64,000 nucleotides of DNA from Epiperipatus broadwayi (lineage: Eukaryota; Animalia; Onychophora), in NCBI GenBank assembly GCA_028023455.1, contig JAQFVV010000004.1, forward strand, positions 22,382,001 to 22,446,000, given 5' to 3'. Shown here piece by piece: positions 1 through 14,030 of the stretch. How positions within the stretch are numbered: the stretch's first letter is position 1; each line of letters starts with the position of its first letter. The notes below the pieces were generated by a model. It made no database searches and had not been told where the DNA came from. It saw only the letters and a program-made list of their open reading frames with translations. A program made the translations under genes and the position numbers.

Positions 1-2089
1 CTCAAGATTCATTCAAGAATTAATGGTTTCAAAGAAAGAAATCTTTTTTTAAAAAGGAATATTTATTTTAAAAATTATTTGATAAGGTAAATAAATATAT
101 TCCATAATAAAGTTATTATTAAATAGTATCATGTTGGAGAATAGAAATGAAATATTTCAGTCCCATTCTCCCTTCATGGAGAGGAGATATGTAGCAATTA
201 TACTGGTCATACCAACATTACATTACTGTATTTTCAAAAATATGTGAGATATTCATTTAATTAATTTTCCCTTTCACTAAAAATAAAATCTGTTGAATTT
301 ATTGTGGAGATGCTGCTGAAAGATTTATGAAAATATAGTTAGTGTTAATATCTAAATCAAATGGAAAAATATTATAATGAAATAGATTTTTTCTCATTCT
401 CTCTCCCACTTTTTATTGAAATAGGAAAAATAAAGCAAAGTAAATTAGCTATTAAATAATTCCTTTTATATGTAAAAAGTGATGGAAAGATTTGTTGTAC
501 TAAGGTTTATACAAAAAATGATGTATTATGTTAAAGTAAATAACTCATTTGTTCCATTCCTGGTGGCAATTGTCTAATTTATATTCCTTTTCAACTAGTT
601 TTAAAACTACTATTAGTGAATGGAACTCTATAAATGGATAGTTAAAAAAGAAATAATGATATGAATGCCTTATATAATTACTTTTAGCATTTCACTTAAT
701 GATTCTGAAAATAAAAAAATATTGAAGAAGTTTTTCAGATAGCAGTGAACCATTTTAAAGCCAGAAATGTTCATGCTTTGATATTAATTTATTTATTAAT
801 ATCTAAGATAAGCAATGGAAAAGAATATATGAAAATTATTTTCAAACTTGTTAAAAATGATATTTTTATGCATAAAAGAATAATAGAAATATAATATTGG
901 GACTTGAATTTTTTGGTATATAACCTGTGTAATATTTTATAATAAAGTATTTAAAGTTGTTTTGATAAAAGCTATCTAGAAATAAATGAAGATAATTCTC
1001 TTGTATGTGAAAAGTTATAACATAAAATTGAAAAAAAAGCATTTGATTTTTTATTGCAATCTTTGAAGTGAAAAGTACTTTAAGAAAGGAAATTCCCAAA
1101 GAAGATTCTAATGATTTCATTACTTCTTAATTGAATTTTTATTTTTTCTTATTAATAAATTATTTTAATTTACAAAAATTATTTCATGCATTCATTATAG
1201 TAATCTGGGAATAAAATATTTTATTTAATGAAAAAAAACAAAAATTGCATACAGCTTATATATAACACTTGTTAAAAAATAAAGCAATAAATACTACACA
1301 TATGACCTATAGAATAAACCCTCACCCATAGCTCTGAGAACATGCTCTTTGTTTTACATCTGGATGACATGGTAGCTTAAATGAATATTTATGGGAAGTG
1401 TGGATTCTAGATAAATAATTCCTAGCCTCATATTTTATTTATATACTTTCCTGCTGCTGTTGCTATTGATAAAATTATCATTACAATATATTGTAACCTT
1501 TATATTTTGCTAGTAAAGCTAAACTCCCAGTTATTTAATTTAACTAAGTATAAAAATAATTAATAACTTAATTTTATTGCCAGTTAATTTTATTAGAGCT
1601 TTGCAATTAACCTTTTAACCGCTAATTATATTATTGGTTGTATGAGGTAAAAATCAAATCTTTTAATTGGCCAACTCACAAACTGAAGACAAAGCCTATT
1701 GTTAAAACATATTCGCCTATAATATTAAATTCAACTCAGATACGTTTATAAAAAGTATATAATTAATTTTTCAGGTTATGAAGAGAACGAAAGTTCTTTC
1801 AAAAATAAATTGCTATTTATTTATTCTAAAATATTCAATTTCGGCAACATAAAAGCTATAATATAAACAAAAAGATCGACTTTTACGTTATAGAAAAGTA
1901 AATATTTCTTTTTACTACAGCTTCAATATTTTTACAAAAATCTTCGATATTTTTCGAAAATAATTGTTTTTTTAGTTTTTTAAAAATTATTTTTAATTTT
2001 TCAGATTATACTTTTTTTAATACTTAAATCACATTCGAAATGAAAATCTCAGCGTTTATCTTTATTTTCTTTGATCAGGCGGTTTCTTT

Positions 2090-2345
2090 GTTTTTTCCAG
2101 CCAATCAGAATGTCTTTGTCGGCTGAGAACCAATCACCAATAAGCTTCTTTCTTTGTTTAGCTTTAAATGCAGTTTTTTTTTATTTTTTACTTGTAAAAG
2201 AATTCGGAAGAGGGCACCATCTGATAGAGCTTTTAAAAATCTATTTAAAAACATATTGAACGAATATTTTCGTATAAAAACTCGCAGAGTTAGAGTGATG
2301 TCAGATGTCTACGAGAAGCCTCATAATAGGCGGGAAAAGGGTTAA
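2090..2345. promoter_or_regulatory. CpG-enriched promoter-like segment with three CCAAT boxes, an ETS-like site and an E2F-like site
   Basis: CCAAT at 2101, 2130 and 2137; CGGAAG at 2205-2210; GGCGGGAAAA (reverse E2F consensus TTTCCCGCC) at 2329-2338. CpG dinucleotides are dense from about 1.7-2.35 kb in otherwise CpG-depleted DNA. No associated gene was identified. Confidence 0.5.
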
Positions 2346-4779
2346 ATGCCAATTTAATTTATAACTTATTCTAAGCACTTTTATAAATCCTTATTATTAA
2401 GAATTATTTTAATATTTTTATATGTTGATTTGAACTTATTTGGAATTAATTTTCAATTGTTTAAATAAAAATATATTTCCCTGCTTAATAATAAAGTATT
2501 GCTAAAAGCTATTAAAAGTGAACATTACTTTCATATTGTCCCACAAGTCTTAAACTTTAGTATTTAAATTAAACTGTAGTAATAATTAATTCTAAATCTT
2601 TAATATTAGATATTTAATTATCCTGCTTAAAATAAAGCATGTCTAAATTATTTATTACTAAGTTTATTTGATCATACTAATGTCATAAAGTTTAAATTAA
2701 TGTAAATAAAGTTAAGCTATTTAACTTAAGAAGTAAAGAATTTATTTATTACTAAGAAATTGTTAATTTTTAATTAATAGAAGCTAGGAGAATGTGTGTC
2801 TGTGTTTACATTTATTAATTTTATCTTTCATTCCTTGTTTATAATATTTACATATCATTCTTAAATATTTTAATTAAAATAAAGGTATTCTGGTGAACTT
2901 CTAATTTATTTAATAGTTTAGAATTGTTATAAAGAGTAATTAATATTATGTTCAAAACAATATAATTTATACTGTACAATTTTATTTCATTGTAATAATT
3001 TTTATTTTATAAATAATTATTCTTAAGATGGTACATTTTTAACATTTTTAATTACAGTCTAGACTGTATGCAAATAAGTTTCTACTTTTAGGATGCCAAG
3101 TTAATGTTTAAAATTTAATGTGATGCAAGAGGTGGTGATTTAATTATATCAATTTTCAATCAATCAACTAAATCACATTCTTGGGAGTATAAATATACAC
3201 ACATGGGAATAAAAACTTGTTTATTTCTTTTCATATTAATTTCAGAATTAATCATAAGTTTAATTATTTTTCAACAATTTTATTTTTGCTCCATAACATG
3301 TTCTTAAACAAGTTGTAATTCAGGTACCTAAACTTTAAGCTAAAGTCTACTGGGAATTACAATGTCAATCATTTTAATAGAAAACAGAATGAAAATTTTA
3401 AATTTTCTATGCAATTGTTGAATTGCCATGAAAATTATATATAGCTTGCCTCGGAACTTTTTGTGATTTTCAATTTTATACTTACAATAAGCTTTATTCT
3501 AAATTTAGTATTTATATCTTAAATCTTAAGGATAAGGCTGTTGAAGACTTATGTTTTGCAATATTTATAGCAATTCTTTAATATTTTTAAATGCTTTACT
3601 TCAATATTTAAAGAATGTTGAAAGAGTACAAGATTTATTCAAAGACAAATGTTTTGACTTCAGTAATATTTTTTGAAATATATCATTTCAATATTATTAT
3701 AGTTAAATTATCATTTTCTCTGGGATAAATTAGTTTTTCTTTTAATGAATGAACTATGCCATTCAAGTGAAAGACACCCACTCATGTATACTTCAACAGA
3801 TGCAATCTTGATAAGATCTCAAGTATGTAAAATAAAGATTTATTAATTTACTTTTTCATTGGAAAAGCATTGTCTATATTCATGTTTAAAAAATAATACC
3901 ATATCATTATCATGGACTTATTACTTAAAATTCCATTATTACAATTATTTAAATATGTCTGGACAAAATAATAAAAACAGCTATTCCACATTATGAGGTA
4001 ATGAAAGCTAATTTATTACATACTTTATTATTATTAGTGCTACAATGTGATTTTGAAGCTTGCTTTCTCTCTATTAAAGCCAGCTTATTTTCTAAAAATA
4101 TTTCCTCCCAGACTGCAGTGTTAAATTATATTTTTCCAGAATGAAAAAATAAAAAATTAAGTTAATGTTATAACATAAATTTTTAACATCTCACTTGTTT
4201 AAAAAAATTATTTTCATAAAATTGAATGCTTTGTGTTTACGAAAATCTTAAGATAAAAATAATTCTGAATGTTGTGCATCTAATATTTTAATTTTCTGTA
4301 ATTTCAAAAAATGGAAAAAAATGTTGTTTGCAGAACTGTATCCTGATAACTGATAAAATCTCCAGAATAAAGGACTTTAACAATTTAAATTTTGAGAAAA
4401 TGGGTATAATGTTGAGATAATTTTATGCTTTTTGTAATTTATTGTTATATTATGCAATTTATTTTATACAATCTCGTCTGATATATTTTATGCATTATTT
4501 TTATTGTAATAACCAGAAGCCTACAAAGTATTTACTACTTTATTAATATTATATTATTTTAATATTACATCACTTTAAAAGTGTTGCTTTGTGTGAATAA
4601 TTTATCTATCTGAATGAAGATGTTTATGCAAAAGCAGTGAGGATGTTGCATATTATTATATCACTGTTTATTTCAGGTCATATTTTATTAGATCAGATTT
4701 GACAAGTAATTTTTTCAGTTTTATACATCAGTTAATAATTATATTTGTTAGAAGATAATCTCCTTCTTTATTGTTTAAG

Positions 4780-5300
4780 CTTATCTTGCCATTATATTTT
4801 CCAAAAGATGGTAGTTGTGTCTCTCTTGATGACATTATTTTTAGTATATGTATTTTATAAGATTGTGTTGTCTCTCTCCTATGATGGTATTTTTCCATGA
4901 GTGGTATATATATTTTTCATAATTTGCATAAATGTTTTGTTTGAGGCAGTCCCTATTATATCTAATATTTATGGTGGTTCATTATCATTTTCTCCATATG
5001 TTAAGAGACCAAGGTCCTAGCATATTTATTTGCCTTCAAATGTAGGTGCTCTTTTGAGTTCATGCCATCATTATGTCCATTATTTTATTAAGCTTTTATT
5101 CTCAGAAGTATATTTTGTATGTAACCATGTGTGGTGTGCCACATGACTTCATTATTATGGTAATTAATATTTATTTTTGAAGACTATCATATTTTCTTCA
5201 GTTGCACTTTTGACCACTCTTGGTGTAGATTAGCGATAGTTCTGGTATGATGTTTTGCTGTGCAGAATATAAAACTGGTAGTTCTTTTATTTAAAGTTTT
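4780..5300 (-). mobile_element. Possible highly decayed non-LTR retrotransposon C-terminal fragment (R1/I-like)
   Basis: Minus-strand translation gives HSWKNTIIGERQHNLIKYI, loosely resembling the W-x5-GR-x-T-x2-LI motif of R1/I-group ORF2 C-termini. Many stops; weak match only. Confidence 0.25.
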
Positions 5301-7142
5301 AAAATTGTAATTATAGTCCAAAATAAGTAATATACATCATCTTAAGCATTGAGTCATCACTGGATTGAAAAGACGCAATAGGTATTCAGATGTACTCATT
5401 GTTGGGACAATATTATAGTGTGATTGGTATGCAAAAATGAACTTCTTGTAATAATGCTTAAATAAGTCAGTCAGGAAAATGAATAGCTTATTGGAATAAT
5501 ACCCATGTCAGAAAGCTTATATCAGTTAAAGAAGTTAAAATAGTTAATTACAATTTAATTCATAAATTTATTTATTACCATAAGCTGCAAACTTATGAAA
5601 TTATATTTCTTCAATGCAGTGATTATATAACATTGTATTTAAACAGCTCATTTTAAGTATCCATACATTTCCAAAAATGTTGTTATTGAATTATTCTTGT
5701 TGCGTAAATAAATGTTATATTTTATTGTTAAATTTTTGTGTTCAATTTTAATATAATCTCAATCACGTCAATTATCCAGAAATCTCAACATTATATGATT
5801 TCTCATTATATGATAATGCCACAATTATACTTGATTCTAGTTGTTTAGAGTACATGGACATTAAGTAAAGATAATGATCACTTTGTCATAATGGTCTATA
5901 GATATGAAGGATGCATTTAAAGAATAAAATATTTATTCATTTTCTTAGTCATAAATGATCACTATAATTCAATTATTAAAAAAAGACTGCTTTTTTATTC
6001 ATTATAAATTTAATTCTTAAATTATTTATCTTGAATTTATAAGAAACAAAGTTGGTATGAGTTGTTAATAGGATATCCTGAGTGATCACAAAATCTCTTA
6101 TCCACTCTTGGTATTCAAATGTTATCCTAGGAGATTATTTTATTCTAAATTGAGTTTCTATGTATTCTACTTTAACTAAAATAGTTTCTTTTAAAATTTG
6201 TTAGTCTTATTGTAAATTACTTAGACATTATCTTAAGGGAAAGAATATGTTTCCTCATATTTTCATTAGGCTGCCATTCACTGTTTAATAACTCATAAAT
6301 AAAATAAAGGAATAAAAATTTTAACATTAGAAATATCTACTAAAGAACCCCTAGATCTTATGATTGTAATTAATGACCAAATAAAAATTGTTTTATCAAA
6401 AGAAATTATTTTGAAAAATAAACTGGCACAAATAAAACTTTAAAAAACATTATTATTCTTTATCGAGAGTTTTAAATTGTGAATCAGATCATTGCAATGA
6501 AATGGTAAAAATAATAATTGTAAGAATTTTCCATATTTCTAAATATAAATAGTTTCTTCCAAAATATAATTATTATATTCCTACACGAAAAAGATAGAAA
6601 TGAAAAGACTCTAAACTTCTGCATTTAATGTTTATTTCTGTTAAGCCTTATGTATAGTATATTTGTCAATTTTCATAATTATGTTGTCATTACGTTCTGA
6701 AATAAATCAAAGTTTCAAAATATGTATTTTAGCCTGCTGAAATAAATTAAAGGTTCCTTTCAAAATATACACTTTATATGTAATGTTTATTATTTGCATA
6801 TGCTGGTAAGATTTTAAATATTTCATTTTTTATGAAAAGGATAATATTGCTTCGGGATTATAATTAATATAAAAATGAAGATATGACTTTTTACTTCACA
6901 TCGTTTTTGTTGTATATTTATTAATAATTTCAGGATATTAATAGCTCTTTTTTCTACTCTTATGATAAGGATTTTGTTTCTATTTATAATACAAGACATT
7001 TTTGGCTATATTTAAAAAGAAATTTTTTTACATCATAATTCACTAAAAATAAGGTCTCTAATATTGTGATTATTGTTGTGTCATTAATTTGGATATATTT
7101 AATATTAGTATTAAAAAATGAAGTGTTTTTTTTCTTTGTCGT

Positions 7143-7990
7143 ATGGCTAACTGTAATGCTTGGCATTTGCTCTTGGAGAAGAAGGGTTTTTCGCATTGTG
7201 TAATGGTTTTTGTCAAGGTTCTTTTCATTTCCATTGTTCAGGATTGAAAGGGTCTATTAATAGAAATATGGGCAATATCAATAAAATAAAAAAATCCTGG
7301 AATATCAAGAATGCAAAAAACAAAAGGGTTCCAAGATTGAAAGACAGTGATAATTCTCTTGGAGAAGAAATGGCTGAAGTTTAAAAAAATAAGAAGAATG
7401 AAAACAAAAGTTAATTTGATTAATAATTTAAAATGTCATTTCGGTCAATTAAAAAAAGGCAGTGGAATTTTTATCTGATAAGTATGATGAAAAAATTTAT
7501 AATTCAAGAAAAAGAAAATACAGAAATTAAAAAAGATGTGTGCTAATTGAAGAATAAAATTAAAGATAGACTGCGAAAGCTTGAGGACGATAAAAAATAA
7601 GCAAGATCAATTAAAATTAGCCTCCTGTATTAAAATACATGGTTTAATCTCTTAAAGAAAATATGTTGGTATATTTAGTTTGATTAAGAATAAATTGCAC
7701 ATGAAGGATTTTCATAAAGGACATATAATTAATATATATAAAGTAAAAAAATTTACGGAGAGATCCTATCTTAAAAATAGAATTTAAAGATGTTGATTAT
7801 GCTAAAGAATGGATAAATAAAAAAAAGATTATGATTTGATTACACACGATAAAGGAGATAAAAGTATATTAATGAAGCTTTAACAAAAGCAAAACAAAAA
7901 ATTATAAATATATATGGATTAAAAATAAACAATTTTTTTGCAAAAAAAATGGAAAAAAATTTATATAGAGAATAAAAATGACATTATTAA
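7143..7990 (+). pseudogene. LINE ORF1 remnant: PHD finger, coiled coil and C-terminal domain (frameshifted)
   Basis: ATG at 7143 gives MANCNA-//-ALGEEGFFALCNGFCQGSFHFHCSGLK...W..QECKK (PHD Cys/His spacing), then KAVEFLSDKYDE and YKYIWIKNKQFF, typical of arthropod CR1-group ORF1. Confidence 0.75.
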
Positions 7991-8038
7991 TATTTTGTGA
8001 GTCCGATTTTAAATGTTTTGAATATATTCTAATACAAA

Positions 8039-10880
8039 ATGGATAAGCTTGTACTATTGAAAGACATTGACGATCCTTATGTAAAAAAATTTAATACATT
8101 TGAAGATTGGGAAGTAAACATTAAAGAATTTAGTATTGAAAAAAATATTTATAATATATTTCATGTTAATTTAAAAGTATATAAAAAAATTGAGAGACGA
8201 ATTAATTGCAACTGTATATTCTTATATTAACTTGATTGATTTTCTAATATTAATGGCAACAAATATAAAAAATGAAAAAGTTAATCTTTATAATATTATA
8301 AATTATAAAAAAAATTGCATATTGTAGAAATCATAGAAAAGGTGGAGGTATATTGATTTTTATTAGAGAAAATATTTTTGTCGAAAAACTTGAAGTCAAT
8401 TTTAGCAGCTCTGAAGTGATTCATATAACTTTTGAATTAAATAGCAATAAAGTTATGATACTAGCAATATACACAGGCTACCAGATAATGATAATAAAAT
8501 GTTTATTGATAAATTAAAATCATGGTTAAAATGTTTTAGACTAACAATGAAATAATACTCATAGATGATATGAACATTGATTCATATAAAAATTCTAAAA
8601 CTGTTGAAAATTATATAGATATATTAGCTACTTATGGGGTACTTTGTCATGTTAGAACATACACAAGAAGAAATTATAATGAATAAGTTTCTTCATGTAT
8701 TGATCACATTAATACAAGCCTAATGAAAAATATTTTAACTACTGTTATTAAAGAAAGAATTGCTGATCATTATTTTACATTTATATCTAATCCAAACATA
8801 ATAGAATATCAGAACTAGTGGAAAATAAATTGGATATTATATAACAATAAACTATTTAGAAATTTTTTACAAGAAACTGACTGGAATGAAGTCAAAAAAA
8901 TTAATGACATGAATAATATGAATGAGAAGTTTGTAGACATTTTCAAAGATGTATACAATAAGTCACAAGAAATCACTGTGATTAAAAAAAATAATAAAAA
9001 GTTCCACATTAATTGGATAAAAAAAAATATTGAAATTAATAAAAGAAAAAAAAAAATTTATGCAAAGAATGTAAAAAAACAAAATCATGATTTATTTCTT
9101 AAATATAAGGCATTAAGAAATAAAGTTAATTCTATGATAAGGGCAGAGAAAATATTGCTTTACAATACATTTTTAAATGAAAATAGAGGTCACATAAAAA
9201 AAAAACTTGGAGAAAAATAAATCAAATATTATTAAGAAAATCAAGTTCTATAAATGATGACGATTTAAACAAATATTTTAATATAAATGAGTTTTCTTCT
9301 AGCAAATACTTTTAGTAATATATTTGTACAAAGAAATTAACAAATTAAAACAAATTGATCATGATAATATTTTGAAAACATATAATAGTCAACCTAATTC
9401 AATATTTATACCAAATTTAAATGAGGAAGAATTATATGAAATAATGCAGATAATATAAGCCCAGATATGTATACAATCAGAATGGTAGATAAAAAAAAAT
9501 ATTGATATTCTACCAGATGTTATAATTTATGTGATTAATAAAATAATAGGAAGTAGTGAGTTTCCTACATTATTAAAAATATCTATAGTAAAACAATTTT
9601 ATAAATCTGGTGCTAAAAATAATTTTAAGTATAGAACTATATCTATTCTTCCTTCATTTGCTAAAATAGAAAAATATATTTTTAAAATAATTTAATTTTT
9701 TTTTAACTAAAAACAATTTTAATGAAAACCAATATGGATTCGTAGAAGGAAGAAACACAACTGTTATTAGAGAATTTTACAGATAAATTAATAGTGCATT
9801 AAATGATAAAAATATGCAATTTTTTTTAAAGGCTTTTGGCATTATTGAGCATAAGCAAATAATTCACAGTTTACAAAATTGTGGAGTTAGAAGAAAATTA
9901 CATAAATTTTTTTAAAAAAAGTATTTAAATGGTAATGTAGCAAAAATATCAAATATATTGAGTAATGAGCAAAAAAATTATATGAGATTCCTCAAGGTTC
10001 TATACTTAGTGTATTGTTGTTTCTGATTTTTATAAATGATCTATGAAATATTAATATTGAAAGATCCATATATCAATATGCATATGATATTATTATGAAT
10101 GTAAATAGCAATATTGATATTACAATTAAAGAATGGCAAGAAATCTGGATAAAATTGTCATTTGGTGCTTTGAGTGAAGAATTTATATAAATGGAGAAAA
10201 AACAAAATGTATTAAGATGTTCTCCTTACATGAAATATAAAAATATTGATATACATCAGCATTCACATGAGTTTATATGACAATAATGTAATATGCAATA
10301 ATACATTTATAAAAGTAGAACAAGTAAAATTTATTAGACATCTTGGAATGATGATAGATAAAAAAAATATCTTGGAAACATCATATAAATGTACTAATTA
10401 ATAAATTCAGATATTTTATAACAATGTTATACAAAATCAAAGATATTTTTCCTTTAAATATTCTTATTGTTATATATAAATCTTTATGTGAATCTTTGTT
10501 GAGATATAGAATGCTTTATGGTCTAATATTAATAGATTAGCTTTACTGCAAAAAAGAATAATTGATCTAATAGAACAAAAATATATCAATAAAGGAACAA
10601 GTATATACAAAAGTAATATTTTATTATTAAATCAACTTCTGGATTATGCAATGAGAGAAAAAAATTTTGATAGTACTTTCAAGAAACCTTATATAAAACA
10701 ATGTGAAATGTGTCTAAGAAAAACAGATGTATACGTAGTTTCAAAATATTGTAATAAAGATTATGTTCCTAAATTATTTACTAATTTACTTATTGAATTA
10801 AGAAGTTTGCAAACATTATAGGACAATAAAAAAACAAATTAAAAAATATATTAAACAAGGGGGAAATTAATACATAGAAA
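8039..10880 (+). pseudogene. LINE ORF2 remnant: APE endonuclease plus reverse transcriptase
   Basis: NIFHVN (about 8150), RKGGGILIF (about 8340), SCIDHIN, IADHYF, YRTISILPSFAK (about 9630), NQYGF (about 9730), IPQGSILSVLLFLIFINDL (from 9987), IRHLGMMID. Many stops and frameshifts. Confidence 0.9.
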
Positions 10881-11139
10881 AAATTGTATAATCAATATTT
10901 TTATTACATAATATATTATTGAAATGTAATTTATTGTTCTTATTATTGGCATATTTTATTTTATGTTATGTTTAAGATTTCATGTAAATATTTAAAATGT
11001 TGTAAAAATTTTATTTTACATAAAAACATAACTAGGCCTCAGTAGAAGAACAAAATTTTGATTTGTGTAAATATATTTTGAACTGTATTCAAATGAATTA
11101 ATAATAAATAATAAGGAAAAACATGAAATTTATTTATAT

Positions 11140-14030
11140 ATATTTTATATAGTTTATTTCCCTATAAATGAGAAAAAGAAGAGTAAAACTAAATTATACA
11201 AAAATATAGCCCTATATAAAATAATATCTCATTATATGTTTAATTTCAACGAAAGAATGACGTGTCATAAATTGTAAAGATTTCGCAAGTATCATTTGTT
11301 CAAACATAACAAATGTAATTTAAAGTGATTGTTTAACACTTTCTCTCATTTCCACACGCTTAAGATTTGTCCATACATAAACGTTTGGGTCGAAAGAATG
11401 TATGGATTCATTTCATTCTTTCTAAAATACTATATCTTGTGTCTGGAAAAATCGAGAGTATTCATTTATAATTTATCTTTAAAGCGCATGTGCATTGGCT
11501 TAATCGCTAATATCACTATTACATAAAAAAACATAGCGCTATATAAAATAATATTTCAATAAATAATTCAAAGATTATTTTGAAATGTTTTATTGTTATT
11601 TATAGTTAATATATTTGTAAAAAATTATCTAATGTTAATTATATACATTATAAAAAAATACATAAATACTCACTTTTAAGTTTTAAAAATAAATGATTCA
11701 TCATATAAAATTTAAGTATCAATGCGAAACAATTTTAATAAAGGAGTTTTTTTGAAAACTTCATAAAAACTTGTCTGCATTTAAATATGCATTCAAAGAA
11801 TAAATAAGTAGCTGTGTGAAAACTGATTGTAAACTACCAACATAACTGTTGTTTAATATAATTGCTTTTGTCATCATATTTCTTAAATTACAATTTAATC
11901 TCAATCTCAATAAAATTTTATTTAAAAAAAAAGTTTATACTTATAATGATGGCTCAATAATAGCAGACTCCAATGCACTGCACTAAATAGGTTAAAATTT
12001 AAATAAACAGAACTAAAGATTTGTATGTGTGTAATCTTACATCTTTACTGCTGTCAAATATCAAATATAATGCTGATGAATAGGAGTATATTTGTTTCAT
12101 GATGAGAAAGAAACAATATGATTTCCTTGTAATTAATTATTCAATTGGGTAAGAATGTCTTTCCAAGAATTTTCAAGATTATTGCAAATGTAGTAATGCA
12201 ATGTAGATCAGTTAGGCAAGTTAAAAATAAGCATATCTTTAAAAAATATTTGAATATTGTACTGTGTTGACATTTAATAATCTATAAATTAAAGAGCATT
12301 CTTATAAAGAAGTGGGTGATACTGAAAAGCAGTTGTAGCAGATTGATATGCAGCAAGCATAGAATGTTGGAATTAGAATACTTGCCTTCATTATATAGTC
12401 CAATTGAAAATGTCATTCTTCTATATTTTGAATTATAAACCTATATAGAGGTTTTAATATGTTCTTATTACTATAAAGAAATAAATGTAAAACTCAAAGA
12501 AGTAGAGCCATTGAATTTGCAAATGATGTTCGCTTGTTTATAAAGAGTTTGATAACAAAAAATCATGTCATATTAATCATCATCAAATTAAGAATTGACA
12601 TAAAGTATTTAATATTGAACTGAAAATAATTTAATATATTATCTAAAATGTAGGTTTAAAGTATGAAATATTTTCTAGATGCTTCCATCATTTCTTGTTA
12701 CACATATGCATGTTTGCCATAATGCAGAATGAGAAAATGCTAATGTTAAATGAAGAACTATCTCACATGTTGTGCATACAAAATATCAATTACATATATC
12801 ATACAAATTATGCATTAACACTTAAGATTAAATAATTAGGATTCAAGAATTAGAATTTATTTATGAAAAGATGATAGAAATGAAATTATTCAATTTCAAA
12901 AGAATGTAACAACCAATAGAAACACAATTAAATTCAATCTTTTAAAAATAATAATAGGGATAAAATAAGTGAAATAAAAAATTCCGGATATAAGTTTCTC
13001 CCATTTGGTCATCGTTAGAAAAAAGAACTGTTGTTAAAAATTTCACATAGAGCTTCTGTAGTAAAAAATACAGTACTCTGAAATAGTATTAATAATTATT
13101 CATATTTAACAATAAGCTTGCTCTGGCCCAATTAAATATATGTTAAAGAAAAAAGAATAAAGTTGCATTTTATGAAATAGTTCATGCAGATTTACTTAAT
13201 GTGGGAAAAATTGAACTTAATTTTATATAATTTTATAGTTTTGTTAAAATATATAAATATGACCTATATATATTTTATAGTCTTTAAACTGTTCTTCAGA
13301 ATCTTTATGATAATAAATAAGAGAAGTGATGATTTTATATAATGCATTAAATTTTGGTTGTAGGGAAAAGCTTACGATATTTGAATTTTTTAGTGCTTTT
13401 TTAAAAAAAAAAAAGTCAAAAGCATTGATAATATATTATTTCTTATTGCATTCATTCAATCTTTCTATACTTTGGCAATGAATAATCTACTTTCAGAAAT
13501 AGAAATACATGTCTACCTTAAGAAGTTTTGCAAAAAATCATGTGAAGTTTACTTATCTTAAATCTGAGAATTTTAAATCATACATATATGTGTTTGGTGT
13601 CATTCTTTTCTAATTTTATCTTACTTCAATGTAATTATTGGAATTTCAAAAACATCTTAATATATAGCATGGAAAGAAGTGCTAGAAATATTTTTTCCAT
13701 GAGCTCTTCTGGATGTGGATAAGCACCAAGGGTTGGGCACTGAAGGTGGTAGGGAGCTGTGCTTCCCTAGTTATATATAAAAGAATAATCAATATTTATT
13801 ATGTAATAGAAAAAAGAGGAGACAATAAAAGGCATCTAATTGCAAAATGTACTTATCACATAGTTATTAAGTTATTGTTAAATAAAATTGCTTTACTTAT
13901 TAACAATTGTTTGAAAAGTTTATTTTACAAATAAATTAAGAAATAAATTCATGAACAGTTAAGATATATTTTCCCTCCTATGTTATAAAGCAATGAGATG
14001 GAGATTCATATCATGACTAGACTCAACATG
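11140..14030 (+). repeat. Old local duplication, copy 1 (paralogous to 18450-19910), with extra inserted blocks
   Basis: Collinear anchors: AGTTTATTTCCCT (about 11151 and 18463), AATTCAAAGATTATTTTGAA (about 11564 and 18529), ATTCAAAGAATAAATAA (about 11791 and 18671) and TACAAATAAATTAAGAAA (about 13926 and 19796). Confidence 0.75.
11200..11558. repeat. CpG-rich insertion of about 360 bp bounded by 32-bp direct repeats
   Basis: AAAAATATAGCCCTATATAAAATAATATCTCA (11200-11231) versus AAAAACATAGCGCTATATAAAATAATATTTCA (11527-11558), 3 mismatches. The block is absent from the paralogous site near 18510-18530. Confidence 0.6.

Larger units (their letters stand above)
7143..11115 (+). mobile_element. 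Near full-length decayed CR1-group (CR1/L2/Kiri-like) LINE
   Basis: ORF1 remnant (PHD finger, coiled coil) followed by an ORF2 remnant with APE endonuclease and RT motifs in the correct order. Ends in an AATAA-rich tail near 11100. The 5' UTR boundary is not resolved. Confidence 0.88.

Noticed and set aside
1-900. Coding-like fragments (IVEMLLKD, YCGDAAERFMKNI, IEEVFQIAVNHF) suggesting an ankyrin or Polinton polymerase relic
   Set aside because: The motifs are short, lie in different frames and are not followed by the expected neighbouring motifs.
1590-1650. LTANYIIG resembling mitochondrial ATP6 (NUMT)
   Set aside because: It needs a frameshift, and the flanks show no further mitochondrial similarity.
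12360-12420. LEYLPSLYSPIEN resembling the Tc1/mariner YSPDLNPIE motif
   Set aside because: The paralogous copy does not preserve it in this frame, and no other DDE motifs or TIRs were found.
13748-13772. Hairpin TAGGGAGCTGTGCTTCCCTAG as a Helitron 3' end
   Set aside because: CTAG is part of the hairpin rather than separated from it, and no 5' end or second copy was found.
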